Source of the DNA: a virus
Lineage: Duplodnaviria; Caudoviricetes
DNA: 37,546 nucleotides
Strand: one strand, 5' to 3'
IMG/VR virus record: IMGVR_UViG_3300033076_000319
Coordinates: 1-37,546 of that record
Below are positions 8,136 to 16,503 of the stretch, one piece after another. Below the pieces are notes generated by a model. That model had not been told where the DNA came from, searched no databases, and worked only from the letters and a program-made list of their open reading frames with translations. A program made the position numbers and the translations under genes. Positions within the stretch are counted from its first letter, which is position 1, and each line of letters starts with the position of its first letter.

Positions 8136-8200
8136 GGGGTGGCAGTCTTTTTAGTCTGAAATCTCGACGAGCCATAGAGCTGAATAGTGTCAACCACCCC
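8136..8200 (-). other. Candidate structured RNA element in the SSB-MTase intergenic region
   Basis: Outer stem GGGGTGG...CCACCCC encloses short inner hairpins (AGC-TCTATG-GCT; CTC-GTC-GAG). Confidence 0.35.
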
Positions 8201-8206
8201 TGTTAG

Positions 8207-8857
8207 TTACCCGCGACGACGACGTGCTGGTGCAGCCGCTTCCGCTTCAGGCGCCTCAATTGCAGGCGCTTTTTCCGCTTGTGCTTCACCATCCATACCA
8301 ACCCATTCCAATACTTTGAAAATAGGGGTAAAGATACGGCCATACGACTTGTGGGTGTAATGCTCTTTGCCAAGCTCAACCACTGGAACTGGCTTAGATT
8401 GATCTTTCTCTACTTGCGTTGCGATTGCCACTGCTAAGGCTTGAACTGCTTTCTTACCGCCAACAGATGTTGTGGTGTAGCGCACTTCCATGTCTTTGTC
8501 AGCGCCATCAAGACACTTCATAGAAAAACCTACTTGAGTTTCCCAACCCTTTTTAGCACCAGGAGGCGCTGCTTCGAGTTCAGGCAATGGCTGGCTTACG
8601 CTACCCATCTTTTCAGCCAACACTTCGCCATCACCCCATGCAATGTAACCATGAACGAATGAGAAAGGGTTAACTGCCCAAGTTGAGTCATCTTCGATCT
8701 CGGTCTGATCTGCACCGAAAACCCAATGACCTGTTTTGTCCATCTTGATAATGACGGTGCCTGCACCGCCGACATCAGTTTCAATGGTACGCAACGCTGT
8801 TGCTAGGGACTTTACTGAAGGTAAATTTGCACCTGAGAATGTAGTGATATTTGACAT
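8207..8857 (-). CDS. Putative single-stranded DNA-binding / replication accessory protein
   Basis: Lies between the DUF2800-like nuclease and polA, the usual SSB slot; beta-rich, with YTHKSYGRIFTPIF motif and low-complexity tail. Call is mainly synteny. Confidence 0.5.
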   Translation of the reverse strand: MSNITTFSGANLPSVKSLATALRTIETDVGGAGTVIIKMDKTGHWVFGADQTEIEDDSTWAVNPFSFVHGYIAWGDGEVLAEKMGSVSQPLPELEAAPPGAKKGWETQVGFSMKCLDGADKDMEVRYTTTSVGGKKAVQALAVAIATQVEKDQSKPVPVVELGKEHYTHKSYGRIFTPIFKVLEWVGMDGEAQAEKAPAIEAPEAEAAAPARRRRG

Positions 8858-8872
8858 GATTTGATTCTTTCT

Positions 8873-9997
8873 TTATTGAAGTTTAGAAAGGGCTGCGGTG
8901 AGTTGCTGCCCGATTTGTAAAACCGCTGGGCGGGGATCGCTCTCCGGTACCAACGTACTGCCTGTACTAACTGCTACGACCTCACCCTCTGGCAAAGCAA
9001 GCTTATGCTTTTTAAGCACCTTCTCAGCTTTTGCAGGAGAAATGATAGATGTTTCAGTCAGTTCAGTTTCGTCCACACCCATGTTCATCATAGCAACAAG
9101 GGCGCTATTTTCATCTACCCATTGACGGGTAGCTCGTTTGGCTACTAACTTGTAGCCAGGAACAGGCTTACCTGCTTCCAAAATTTGATGCGCTAATGCT
9201 CTTGTATCAGCAATCCATTGCTCAAGCAAGTCAGCTTTAGCTAAGTATTGGCTGATCTGCTCAACATTGAGTATATCTAACTGAGCGTGTAAGGCTCGCT
9301 CAACAGCGCCTGTCATCTTAGGACAAGTAGGTTTGGCAGCGCACCAACGGCAATGGTCGCCAGTCTTTAGCGGTGCGTCAGGCATACCTGCAATTTTAAC
9401 GGCAGTAGCTAGCTCTAGTTCAAATGCTTGGATGCGCTTTTTATTGGTTACCCAACGCTTGACGCTTGGGGGTTGCACAATAATCATTTCAATTTCTTCG
9501 GCGCCATCAAACACCCATTTGACTTCAGGCGTACGCATAGCGGCAGCAGCGTAGAACATCAGCTGAGGATTTTCCTCTGCTTCCACAGCCACACCATCAC
9601 CGAACTTCCAATCAAGAACAAAAGCACGATTACCGATACGACCAAGTAAATCAGTAGAGCCAAATACATCAGGCAAGAAGTCGCCAAACCCGACGCGTGT
9701 TTCTGTTGCATATTCCATTTCCTTGTTGGGGTCGACTTCATCTAACAACGCAAGTGCAGGATAAATCTTACGCTCAAGCAATTCTTGCGATAACTCTTGA
9801 TCTTCGTACTTCATGCCAAGCAATTCTTCAGGCTTATGCCCATTCAGAATTAAATCCATGACGTTGTGGCAAAGAGTACCTTCGTCAGCGTATTTGGATG
9901 ATGGCTTAGGTGGCATCAAGTCAACTAGCTTGACTGAGCCTGGGCAATTGATAACCCGCTTGGCGGTAGAGCCGCCGACTACTGAACTGTGCTTCAT
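8873..9997 (-). CDS. DUF2800 / Cas4-like PD-(D/E)XK exonuclease
   Basis: N-terminal CPGS; GSTD, DWKFG and QLMFYA nuclease motifs; C-terminal HCRWCAAKPTC cluster. Confidence 0.85.
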   Translation of the reverse strand: MKHSSVVGGSTAKRVINCPGSVKLVDLMPPKPSSKYADEGTLCHNVMDLILNGHKPEELLGMKYEDQELSQELLERKIYPALALLDEVDPNKEMEYATETRVGFGDFLPDVFGSTDLLGRIGNRAFVLDWKFGDGVAVEAEENPQLMFYAAAAMRTPEVKWVFDGAEEIEMIIVQPPSVKRWVTNKKRIQAFELELATAVKIAGMPDAPLKTGDHCRWCAAKPTCPKMTGAVERALHAQLDILNVEQISQYLAKADLLEQWIADTRALAHQILEAGKPVPGYKLVAKRATRQWVDENSALVAMMNMGVDETELTETSIISPAKAEKVLKKHKLALPEGEVVAVSTGSTLVPESDPRPAVLQIGQQLTAALSKLQ

Positions 9998-10030
9998 GTT
10001 GTTTCCTTTACTTTAGTTGACTGAGATTAA

Positions 10031-10070
10031 ACTTTACCACAGATTTTATTTATGTGCTAAACTTTTTTAC
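10031..10070. promoter_or_regulatory. Overlapping divergent extended -10 promoters
   Basis: Plus strand TG-C-TAAACT (10055-10063), 7 nt before ATG 10071; minus strand TG-G-TAAAGT (10039-10031) toward the replication operon. Confidence 0.5.
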
Positions 10071-10355
10071 ATGAATGAAAAAGAAATCGAAAAATACTTT
10101 ATGTGGGCAGTCGAATCTATAGGTGGTAAATCCTATAAGTTCAAGTCTATGACCATGCGTGGCGTGGCTGACAGGGTGGCTTGCCTACCTGACGGGCAGA
10201 CATGGTTTGTAGAACTTAAAGCCCCACAAGGCCGTCTATCCGCACTTCAAGAAGTATTTGCTGAGGACATTATTGCACTGAAGCAAAACTATGCTTGTTT
10301 GTGGTCAAAACAACAGATTAATGAATGGGTGGCACAAGTGAGCAATCCACTATGA
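10071..10355 (+). CDS. VRR-NUC domain nuclease (start revised to 10071)
   Basis: MNEKEIE...GVADR...WFVELKAPQGRLSALQ; adjacent to the SNF2 helicase. Confidence 0.9.
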   Translation: MNEKEIEKYFMWAVESIGGKSYKFKSMTMRGVADRVACLPDGQTWFVELKAPQGRLSALQEVFAEDIIALKQNYACLWSKQQINEWVAQVSNPL

Positions 10356-10510
10356 GATATATCGTCAAAGACGAAACAGGCGCTATGTTGCGTTTGTTTA
10401 ACACACGCCAAGAAGCTATTGCTTTTTGCCAACAAGGTTGGTTTGTGGTAATTAAACCACGCGCCCTTAAACCAGACTTGTACAAGTTACTAGGTGAGGC
10501 ACCATTTTGA
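10352..10510 (+). CDS. Hypothetical protein (52 aa; start at 10352)
   Basis: ATGA overlap with the VRR-NUC stop; MRYIVKDETG...GEAPF. Confidence 0.6.
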   Translation: MRYIVKDETGAMLRLFNTRQEAIAFCQQGWFVVIKPRALKPDLYKLLGEAPF

Positions 10511-11841
10511 AATTACGTGATTACCAAGAAAAAGCAGCCGACTTCTTATATGAGAACGATCGTGCCATGATCCTTGCTCCTGTAGGCGCAGGGAAAACTG
10601 CTTTAACGCTCACAGCCATGCAAGATATGTTGCGCTATGGTTTTGTTAAACGCTGGCTTGTGCTAGCTCCTAAGCGGGTCTGCACTGACGTGTGGCCTGT
10701 AGAGCAGCCTAAGTGGGCTACTGATATGCCACTAGCCGTTGCAGTTGGTACACCAGCGCAACGCGCTCAAGCCCTACATTCGGGTTTTCCCGTAGTAGTT
10801 ACCAACTACGACAACATTCAATGGCTAGCTGAACAAAAGCTAGACTTTGACGGCATCGTGTTTGATGAACTAACCAAGCTCAAGAATCCGTCAGGCAAGC
10901 GCTTTAAAGCGTTGGCTAAGGTGGTAGACGCCATCAACATCCGTTGGGGGCTTACAGGCTCGTTTACATCCAACGGCTTAGAGGATGTGTTTGGTCAATG
11001 CAAGATCATCAACCAAGAGCTATTGGGACGTGCCAAAGGCGCGTTTATGCAGCAATATTTTGTCCTAGTCAATAAAGACTTTGGTGAATGGGAGCCACGT
11101 GTCGGCTCGTTGGCGCAAGTCATGGCTCGTATCAAGCCTGCTACGTTCTTGCTAGACGCAGGTGAGTACGCTGACAAGCTGCCACCATGCCATGTGGTTG
11201 AGATGAAGTGTGACTTGGTTGACCGCGCCCCATACGAGAAGATGAAAAAGGACTTTGTGATTGAGTTCAAAGACGTGCAGATTACCGCCGTCAACGCAGG
11301 TGTAGCCACAGGCAAGTTGCAACAGATGGCAGGTGGTTGGGTCTACGAAACAACTACAACGGCATCTGACACGCCAGGACGCATGAATGTGACTCAAACG
11401 CCGATTTGGTTTAGCACCCATAAGTTTGACCTGCTAGACGAATTGCTTGACGAGAACCAACACGACAACACCATCATCGTCTACAACTACGTTGAGGAAT
11501 TGGCTGAACTCAAGCGTCGCTATCCTCACGCCCAGACGATCAACGACCATAAAGCCATCGAGCGTTGGAATGATGGCAAGGTCGAGTTGCTATTAATTCA
11601 CCCTAAGTCAGCCGGTCATGGGCTGAATTTACAGCATGGCGGCAACAAAATGGTCTTTGTATCATTGCCTTGGAGCCTTGAGTTGTATGAGCAAACTGTA
11701 GGCAGACTGCACCGTAGCGGTCAAAAACATGATGTATGGGTGTATTTATTGCTTACCAATAAGACTATTGATGAGCGTATTTGGGCGGCTCTAAACGATA
11801 AAAGAGCTATTAGTGACATTGCACTTGAGGAATTGAAATGA
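10507..11841 (+). CDS. SNF2-family (SF2) helicase
   Basis: LRDYQ, GAGKT, FDEL, LTGS, HGLNLQ and QTVGRLHRSGQ motifs; TTG start with GAGG RBS. Confidence 0.92.
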   Translation: MKLRDYQEKAADFLYENDRAMILAPVGAGKTALTLTAMQDMLRYGFVKRWLVLAPKRVCTDVWPVEQPKWATDMPLAVAVGTPAQRAQALHSGFPVVVTNYDNIQWLAEQKLDFDGIVFDELTKLKNPSGKRFKALAKVVDAINIRWGLTGSFTSNGLEDVFGQCKIINQELLGRAKGAFMQQYFVLVNKDFGEWEPRVGSLAQVMARIKPATFLLDAGEYADKLPPCHVVEMKCDLVDRAPYEKMKKDFVIEFKDVQITAVNAGVATGKLQQMAGGWVYETTTTASDTPGRMNVTQTPIWFSTHKFDLLDELLDENQHDNTIIVYNYVEELAELKRRYPHAQTINDHKAIERWNDGKVELLLIHPKSAGHGLNLQHGGNKMVFVSLPWSLELYEQTVGRLHRSGQKHDVWVYLLLTNKTIDERIWAALNDKRAISDIALEELK

Positions 11842-12029
11842 TTGAACCCATCCCTTTTGCGGGGAATATTGAAATAGGAGAAGAAATGCCGTTATTAGAC
11901 GATGCTAAAAAGCTAGCCGATGATATTGCCGAATATGCGCCAAATACCAATATCGAGCTAATGATCCGTGATTTGATTAAAGAAATAGAAAGGTTGCAAA
12001 GTGAAAAGACTACTCAGCTTAAAGGCTAA
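11838..12029 (+). CDS. Hypothetical protein
   Basis: GAGG RBS, ATGA overlap; alternative start at MPLL with GGAG RBS. Confidence 0.6.
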   Translation: MIEPIPFAGNIEIGEEMPLLDDAKKLADDIAEYAPNTNIELMIRDLIKEIERLQSEKTTQLKG

Positions 12030-12174
12030 ACTAAAGGCTAAACAAGCCGAATCTGTCATTCGTGTGCGTAATTATGGCACCGCTGCTAGGGCGTTGACCA
12101 AGACGATTGATGAGATTAAGGCGTTAAAAGAGAGGATTAAGAATGAAGAAGCTAAGTTGGCGAGCCTTAAATAG
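12001..12174 (+). CDS. Basic coiled-coil protein (57 aa), not in the ORF track
   Basis: AAGG RBS and GTG start; MKRLLSLKAKLKAKQAES...EEAKLASLK; fills the operon gap. Confidence 0.6.
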   Translation: MKRLLSLKAKLKAKQAESVIRVRNYGTAARALTKTIDEIKALKERIKNEEAKLASLK

Positions 12175-12337
12175 CCAGTTGTCATTAATGAACGAAGAAG
12201 AAGTGCTGTCTTTGTTGCAAGCAGAAAAGCATGGTGAGCGCCGTGCATCGGTTTTGCAACGACTTCATCAGCGCTATAACACCTTACGTGTATCACGTGA
12301 GCGCCTTGAAATATTGAATTTAGCGGTTAAACCATGA
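12143..12337 (+). CDS. Hypothetical helical protein
   Basis: AGGA RBS; ERRASVLQRLHQRYNTLR. Confidence 0.7.
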   Translation: MKKLSWRALNSQLSLMNEEEVLSLLQAEKHGERRASVLQRLHQRYNTLRVSRERLEILNLAVKP

Positions 12338-12519
12338 AAGTACCAGAATTTTCAACCTGGAAACGAGAGAATTTGGAGCAGTTGTGCCAAGAGTTGTACG
12401 TAGAGTTGCACTATCTACGCTTAGATGTAAAAACAGCGATACAAGCATATCGTGAATTAAACAAAACGAAAGGACAGTACAGTGAAGAAATTAATCATAG
12501 CAATGAGTGCGGTAAGTAG
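12334..12519 (+). CDS. Hypothetical protein
   Basis: ATGA overlap; FSTWKRENLEQLC motif. Confidence 0.65.
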   Translation: MKVPEFSTWKRENLEQLCQELYVELHYLRLDVKTAIQAYRELNKTKGQYSEEINHSNECGK

Positions 12520-12778
12520 CCTAGCTACAGCTCAAACAACCTACCTATACGGCGCCCAAGGGCAAAGTTTAGGTACGGTTCAGCAGTCAGGTAATACGCA
12601 GTATTTTTACGGCCCACAAGGTCAAAGTCTTGGTACTGCCATGCAGTCTGGCAACACTACCTACGTTTATGGCCCACAAGGTCAAGCTGTTGGCACGGTA
12701 ATGGCGCCCGCGGTGCCTGTGTATACCCCGCCAGCGCAGTCTTTAACACCAATGTACGACTCAATTTTTGGGAGATAA
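12482..12778 (+). CDS. Exported protein with three 20-aa repeats
   Basis: Signal-peptide-like MKKLIIAMSAVSSLATA-Q; 3x TxYxYGxQGQxxGTxxQSGN with a 60-nt period. Confidence 0.75.
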   Translation: MKKLIIAMSAVSSLATAQTTYLYGAQGQSLGTVQQSGNTQYFYGPQGQSLGTAMQSGNTTYVYGPQGQAVGTVMAPAVPVYTPPAQSLTPMYDSIFGR

Positions 12779-12780
12779 GC

Positions 12781-12984
12781 ATGAACGAACATATTTGGAC
12801 AGCACCAGGTACCGATATTATGATTCGCTGGAGAATGAATGGATGGACACCACCATCAGAACTACAAGAATACCGAGATAAATGGAAGTATTACCAAAAC
12901 TTGCCGTTGCGTAATTTAGATGACGGCGCAAAAGAAGCCTATGAACAAGTGCTTCGTAAAGCTAAGGTATCACGTATTAAGTAA
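12781..12984 (+). CDS. Hypothetical protein
   Basis: GGAG RBS; GTDIMIRWRMNGWTPPSE; 3' end overlaps the endolysin stop. Confidence 0.7.
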   Translation: MNEHIWTAPGTDIMIRWRMNGWTPPSELQEYRDKWKYYQNLPLRNLDDGAKEAYEQVLRKAKVSRIK

Positions 12985-13560
12985 AGCTAGCGCTTTATTA
13001 GTCTTAGCCACACGGTCATCAAGCCCTAACAAACCGCCGTTAATGCGCTTGGTGATCGTCACAATATCCCCGATGTCTGATAGCTGATTTAAACCGTGTT
13101 TATTCCAAAACCACGCTGCGGATAAGCAAGCGTTATCAGGTTCTAAAAGTAGCTCAGGATTGCGTACGCAGTCGACCCCGCTAGCTTTAGCAAACGCAGC
13201 ATAGTTGTCATGCCCTGTAAGCTGAATCAAGCCACGCCCATGAAATAGCCAGCCATCGCCTTCTTGCGTGTTGCCCATGCGCCCTGCATAGACTTTATTG
13301 GCTATTTTTTGAGGGTTGTAAGCAAACTGCTCGGCAATATTATCTTCAGGAAAACGGCTAGGCCATGTACGCATGAGCGCCTGGGCGCTGTAATTAAGAT
13401 TTTCTTCTAGTGTTTTAAAGTTATTCGACTCGTGGGCGCATTGACCGATAAAATGTGCTTGGCGCTTAGGTGTTGAAATGTCGTAACGATCAAAGGCTTT
13501 TTGCAACGGTTCTGCCCATTTAGGGTCAATACCTAGCTTTACTAAAATATCTTCATTCAT
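12970..13560 (-). CDS. Endolysin, glycoside hydrolase family 19
   Basis: AHFIGQCAHES, ENLNYS, GRGLIQLTG..NY and TKRINGG..GLDDR motifs. Confidence 0.92.
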   Translation of the reverse strand: MNEDILVKLGIDPKWAEPLQKAFDRYDISTPKRQAHFIGQCAHESNNFKTLEENLNYSAQALMRTWPSRFPEDNIAEQFAYNPQKIANKVYAGRMGNTQEGDGWLFHGRGLIQLTGHDNYAAFAKASGVDCVRNPELLLEPDNACLSAAWFWNKHGLNQLSDIGDIVTITKRINGGLLGLDDRVAKTNKALALLNT

Positions 13561-13946
13561 TTAATCGCTGTGACCTCTTTAATCCAATCTTGGAGAGAAA
13601 CTAATTGTTGCGTGGTGATGGCGCAATCAAGGGTAAAGTTGGCGGTGGTGCCATTAGGCTTTTCGGTGGGGTTGGAAAGGGTGGGCAATTGACTGCCACT
13701 GGTGTACTGCACCCTGTCATAACGATTACGCAAGGCACCCAACTTAGCTTGAAATTCATTTTCTATTCCTTTGTTGACAAGGGCTTGTTGCTTTTGGATT
13801 GATTCGTTTTTGGCTTCTTGAACTTTAGCCACCGCTTCAACTTCTGCTTTGTAGGCCACCAAATTCCCATGCTCATAACGCCAGCCCAAAAACAAACCAG
13901 CCACAAAAATACTAGCCAGAATTGCGAGTCTTGCATATAGAGTCAT
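13557..13946 (-). CDS. Rz: Rz-like inner-membrane spanin
   Basis: N-terminal TM segment, periplasmic coiled coil, C-terminal C...QLVSLQDW; hosts an embedded lipoprotein ORF. Confidence 0.8.
   Translation of the reverse strand: MTLYARLAILASIFVAGLFLGWRYEHGNLVAYKAEVEAVAKVQEAKNESIQKQQALVNKGIENEFQAKLGALRNRYDRVQYTSGSQLPTLSNPTEKPNGTTANFTLDCAITTQQLVSLQDWIKEVTAIK
13601..13759 (-). CDS. Rz1: Rz1-like outer-membrane lipoprotein spanin embedded in Rz (52 aa), not in the ORF track
   Basis: AAGGA RBS; MNFKLSWVPCVIVMTG-CSTPVAVNCPPFPTPPKSLMAPPPTLPLIAPSPRNN: lipobox-like MTG-C followed by a Pro-rich mature part. Confidence 0.8.
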   Translation of the reverse strand: MNFKLSWVPCVIVMTGCSTPVAVNCPPFPTPPKSLMAPPPTLPLIAPSPRNN

Positions 13947-14146
13947 TTTTTGTCTAAAGGCATGGTGGTTAGCACACGCAGTACACCGACAATAACGCCA
14001 ATAACAATGTTAAAAGCGCCAAACATTTCGGGGGTAAGATACTTGGCAAATACTTGTGCTTGCATCTCAATCACGCCAAACACCGCTAACGCTAGCGCAA
14101 ACATCATGGTGCGTGACTTGGTGATCTGCTTCATAAACTCAATCAT
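13943..14146 (-). CDS. Putative holin (2 TM)
   Basis: KSRTM...LRVLTTMPL with two hydrophobic segments, in the lysis cassette. Confidence 0.7.
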   Translation of the reverse strand: MIEFMKQITKSRTMMFALALAVFGVIEMQAQVFAKYLTPEMFGAFNIVIGVIVGVLRVLTTMPLDKK

Positions 14147-14376
14147 TTGTTCGCCTTTTGCTCAAGTTTTTCATACAATTTGTCAATTAGTAGCTCAATA
14201 CGATCAAAACGCTCTTTGATCTCATCTTTTTTGATGTAATGGGTAGGCAAATCAATCTCAATCTGTTTGACATCTTCTTTCAGCTTATTAACGGAGTCCC
14301 ATATTTGACGGCACCACCATCCAATTCCGATGGCAAAACCTCCCCCTACAAGATTGAATAAGTATTGCCAATCCAT
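14143..14376 (-). CDS. Single-TM plus coiled-coil lysis protein (holin/antiholin-like)
   Basis: N-terminal TM, then charged helix ending KLEQKANK; first gene of the lysis cassette. Confidence 0.6.
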   Translation of the reverse strand: MDWQYLFNLVGGGFAIGIGWWCRQIWDSVNKLKEDVKQIEIDLPTHYIKKDEIKERFDRIELLIDKLYEKLEQKANK

Positions 14377-14378
14377 GC

Positions 14379-16493
14379 TTACCTCGCTAAAGCGTTTTTG
14401 TTTTGTTCAGGTTTTAATGCGTTTTTGGTTGCTTCTTCAACACCAATAATAGCAGCGCCTTGAGTGCCCTTAGGTAAAACTTGCCATGTTTGAGCATTTG
14501 ATAACACTTTAAGAACACGATTACGCTCAGTTGCAGGCAATACTTTTAATAAATCTTCAAAACTAGACGCAGTTTTAGCCGCTTCAGTTAGCGTGTCCAT
14601 AGTTGCTTTGCCAAGCTTTTTCTCAACAGCGTCAAGCGCTTTGTTAGTTGTGGTCGCTGCAATACTGAAAATGTTAGGTAAACGGAAAGAAGGCAGGTTT
14701 TCTTTAATTAAATCTACCAACGCTTGCTCACCGGCTGTAGCCTGCTTGCCAATTTCTTCAGCAACACGCACTTGCTTACCTGCTTTAGTTAGCGCAGTCA
14801 TAGCGTCTTGGCTCATCTCTTTGGCAATATCGTAGCTTCCTGGGCCAAATAGCTTTTCTACGACTTCAGGAGAATTGCCCTCAACCAAATCAACAAACTG
14901 GTTAGGCGCCGTTCTATAAAAATCCAATGCTTTAGCGCCAAGCTTGGCTTGACCAATCTTTTGCATACCTGCGGCGTAATCTGACAAATACTTGCCATAG
15001 CCTGTACCACCTGCTTCTTCAACAGCGCCGATTAATAGTGGCTTAACTTCGGTCATTACCTTGGCTGCAAGTTGCTTTTGTTGCTTAGGATCAGCCGATA
15101 GCTGACGTACGGCAGCATTGACGGAGTTCTTACGGATGCTATCTAACGCCCATGCGTCGATTACGCCACCTGCGTTTTGCCATTGAGCAATGTCATTCTT
15201 GAGTTGACGCACCGTTGTCGATAGTTCATCAGCGCCAGCAAAGCGTGGGTTAGCCAAAATGTTATCTAAGCTAGCCATGATTGGTTCTGCGCGTAGCGGT
15301 TTAAGACCATGTGACGCTAGGCTATCAGCAGCCGATTGACTAAACCTTGCAGCTTCACCAAACGGCAATGATGCGTTAGCGGCTTGGTTAGCGACTTCAT
15401 CAGCCTTATTAGCCAACTCACCCATGTAGCTGTATTTAGCAGCGCCTACAGGCAAGTTTTTCTCAATCATTTGCGCTCTAGCCATGTCGCCTGCACGTTG
15501 CCCTGCGGCGGTCATACGTCGTACATCTTCGACTTTAGACGCAGCAACATCAGCCATCGTCTTAGCTTGACTTTCAAGCTTAGGCTTGAGTTTACCTGCA
15601 ATATTAGCGGCGCCAAGCTCTGTTTCAAGTGTAGGGATAAGCGCTTCGTTCAATACATTCTTAGCACCTGCTTGGGCTGTACGAGCCGCCGTCTGTGTTT
15701 CGCCACCAGCAATCTTAGCAAGCGCATTAAAAGTCTTAGCGTCCTCGGCTTTAGCCAAGTCAGTAAAGAACTTAGGATCTCTAGCGGCTGCACGGCGTAG
15801 CAATGCCTGAGCAGTAGGTTCGTTCAATCCTGCGGCGGCTAAAGCGTTGGCAGGAGTTGTGCCTGGCTCGGCGGCGCGTAATGCGTTAATAACAGCGTCA
15901 GTTTCACCAACAGAGCCTTTGGCAATATTAGCGGCGCGTTGTAGCGGGATCTGACGAATATCAGCAAGTTTACCCATACCTCTACCAACGGCTTCTACGC
16001 CTTTAGCAAGAATAGGTGCTACGGCTTGACCACCTGCTTCATACGTTGCGCCTTCTAATACGTTACGTGCGGGTTCAGTAACTAATTGCTCAGTAGTGCG
16101 TGGCTTGCGTAAGCCTAACGCTACATCAGCCGCAGTTAGACCTTCTTTAGCAATACCATATCCTAGCCCTGCACCACCAACAACGCCTGCTGGCCCTAAA
16201 GGTGCGCCAAGCATACCGCCGCCTGCTGCGCCTAACGCTTCAATTGTTGGCCCAGCAACTTCACGGGCTTTAACTGCCGCAGCGTACAAACGTGGGTTTT
16301 CTTTGCCCCATTCGGGTATTTCTGCGCCTACATTAGCTCGTGCCGGCGCTCTACCGCCATCTAGGTTAATTACGGGTTTATTAAACTCTTTTTGGGCGCG
16401 AGTTTGCACCATGTCAGGTGAGATGTCATCAGGCGCGCCTTTATAGACGTGACTTGTGCCATCGCCGAACGTAACAGTAATGTCGCGTGGCAT
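14379..16493 (-). CDS. Large DNA ejection / internal virion protein
   Basis: 704 aa, Ala-rich helical, Gly-rich hydrophobic patch; third of three genes in the P22 gp7/gp20/gp16 slot. Confidence 0.65.
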   Translation of the reverse strand: MPRDITVTFGDGTSHVYKGAPDDISPDMVQTRAQKEFNKPVINLDGGRAPARANVGAEIPEWGKENPRLYAAAVKAREVAGPTIEALGAAGGGMLGAPLGPAGVVGGAGLGYGIAKEGLTAADVALGLRKPRTTEQLVTEPARNVLEGATYEAGGQAVAPILAKGVEAVGRGMGKLADIRQIPLQRAANIAKGSVGETDAVINALRAAEPGTTPANALAAAGLNEPTAQALLRRAAARDPKFFTDLAKAEDAKTFNALAKIAGGETQTAARTAQAGAKNVLNEALIPTLETELGAANIAGKLKPKLESQAKTMADVAASKVEDVRRMTAAGQRAGDMARAQMIEKNLPVGAAKYSYMGELANKADEVANQAANASLPFGEAARFSQSAADSLASHGLKPLRAEPIMASLDNILANPRFAGADELSTTVRQLKNDIAQWQNAGGVIDAWALDSIRKNSVNAAVRQLSADPKQQKQLAAKVMTEVKPLLIGAVEEAGGTGYGKYLSDYAAGMQKIGQAKLGAKALDFYRTAPNQFVDLVEGNSPEVVEKLFGPGSYDIAKEMSQDAMTALTKAGKQVRVAEEIGKQATAGEQALVDLIKENLPSFRLPNIFSIAATTTNKALDAVEKKLGKATMDTLTEAAKTASSFEDLLKVLPATERNRVLKVLSNAQTWQVLPKGTQGAAIIGVEEATKNALKPEQNKNALAR

Positions 16494-16503
16494 ATTTGTC
16501 CTT

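Noticed and set aside
8136-8200. SAM-II/SAM-V riboswitch call, prompted by CUAAAAAG upstream of a methyltransferase
   Set aside because: I could not build the required pseudoknot pairings or the U-rich loop; kept only as an unclassified structure.
8873-9997. CRISPR-associated cas4
   Set aside because: No cas1/cas2 or array; this is the common DUF2800-type nuclease of phage replication modules.
12541-12700. DGR or mini-CRISPR repeat
   Set aside because: In-frame coding repeats with mostly synonymous-type divergence; no reverse transcriptase in the genome.
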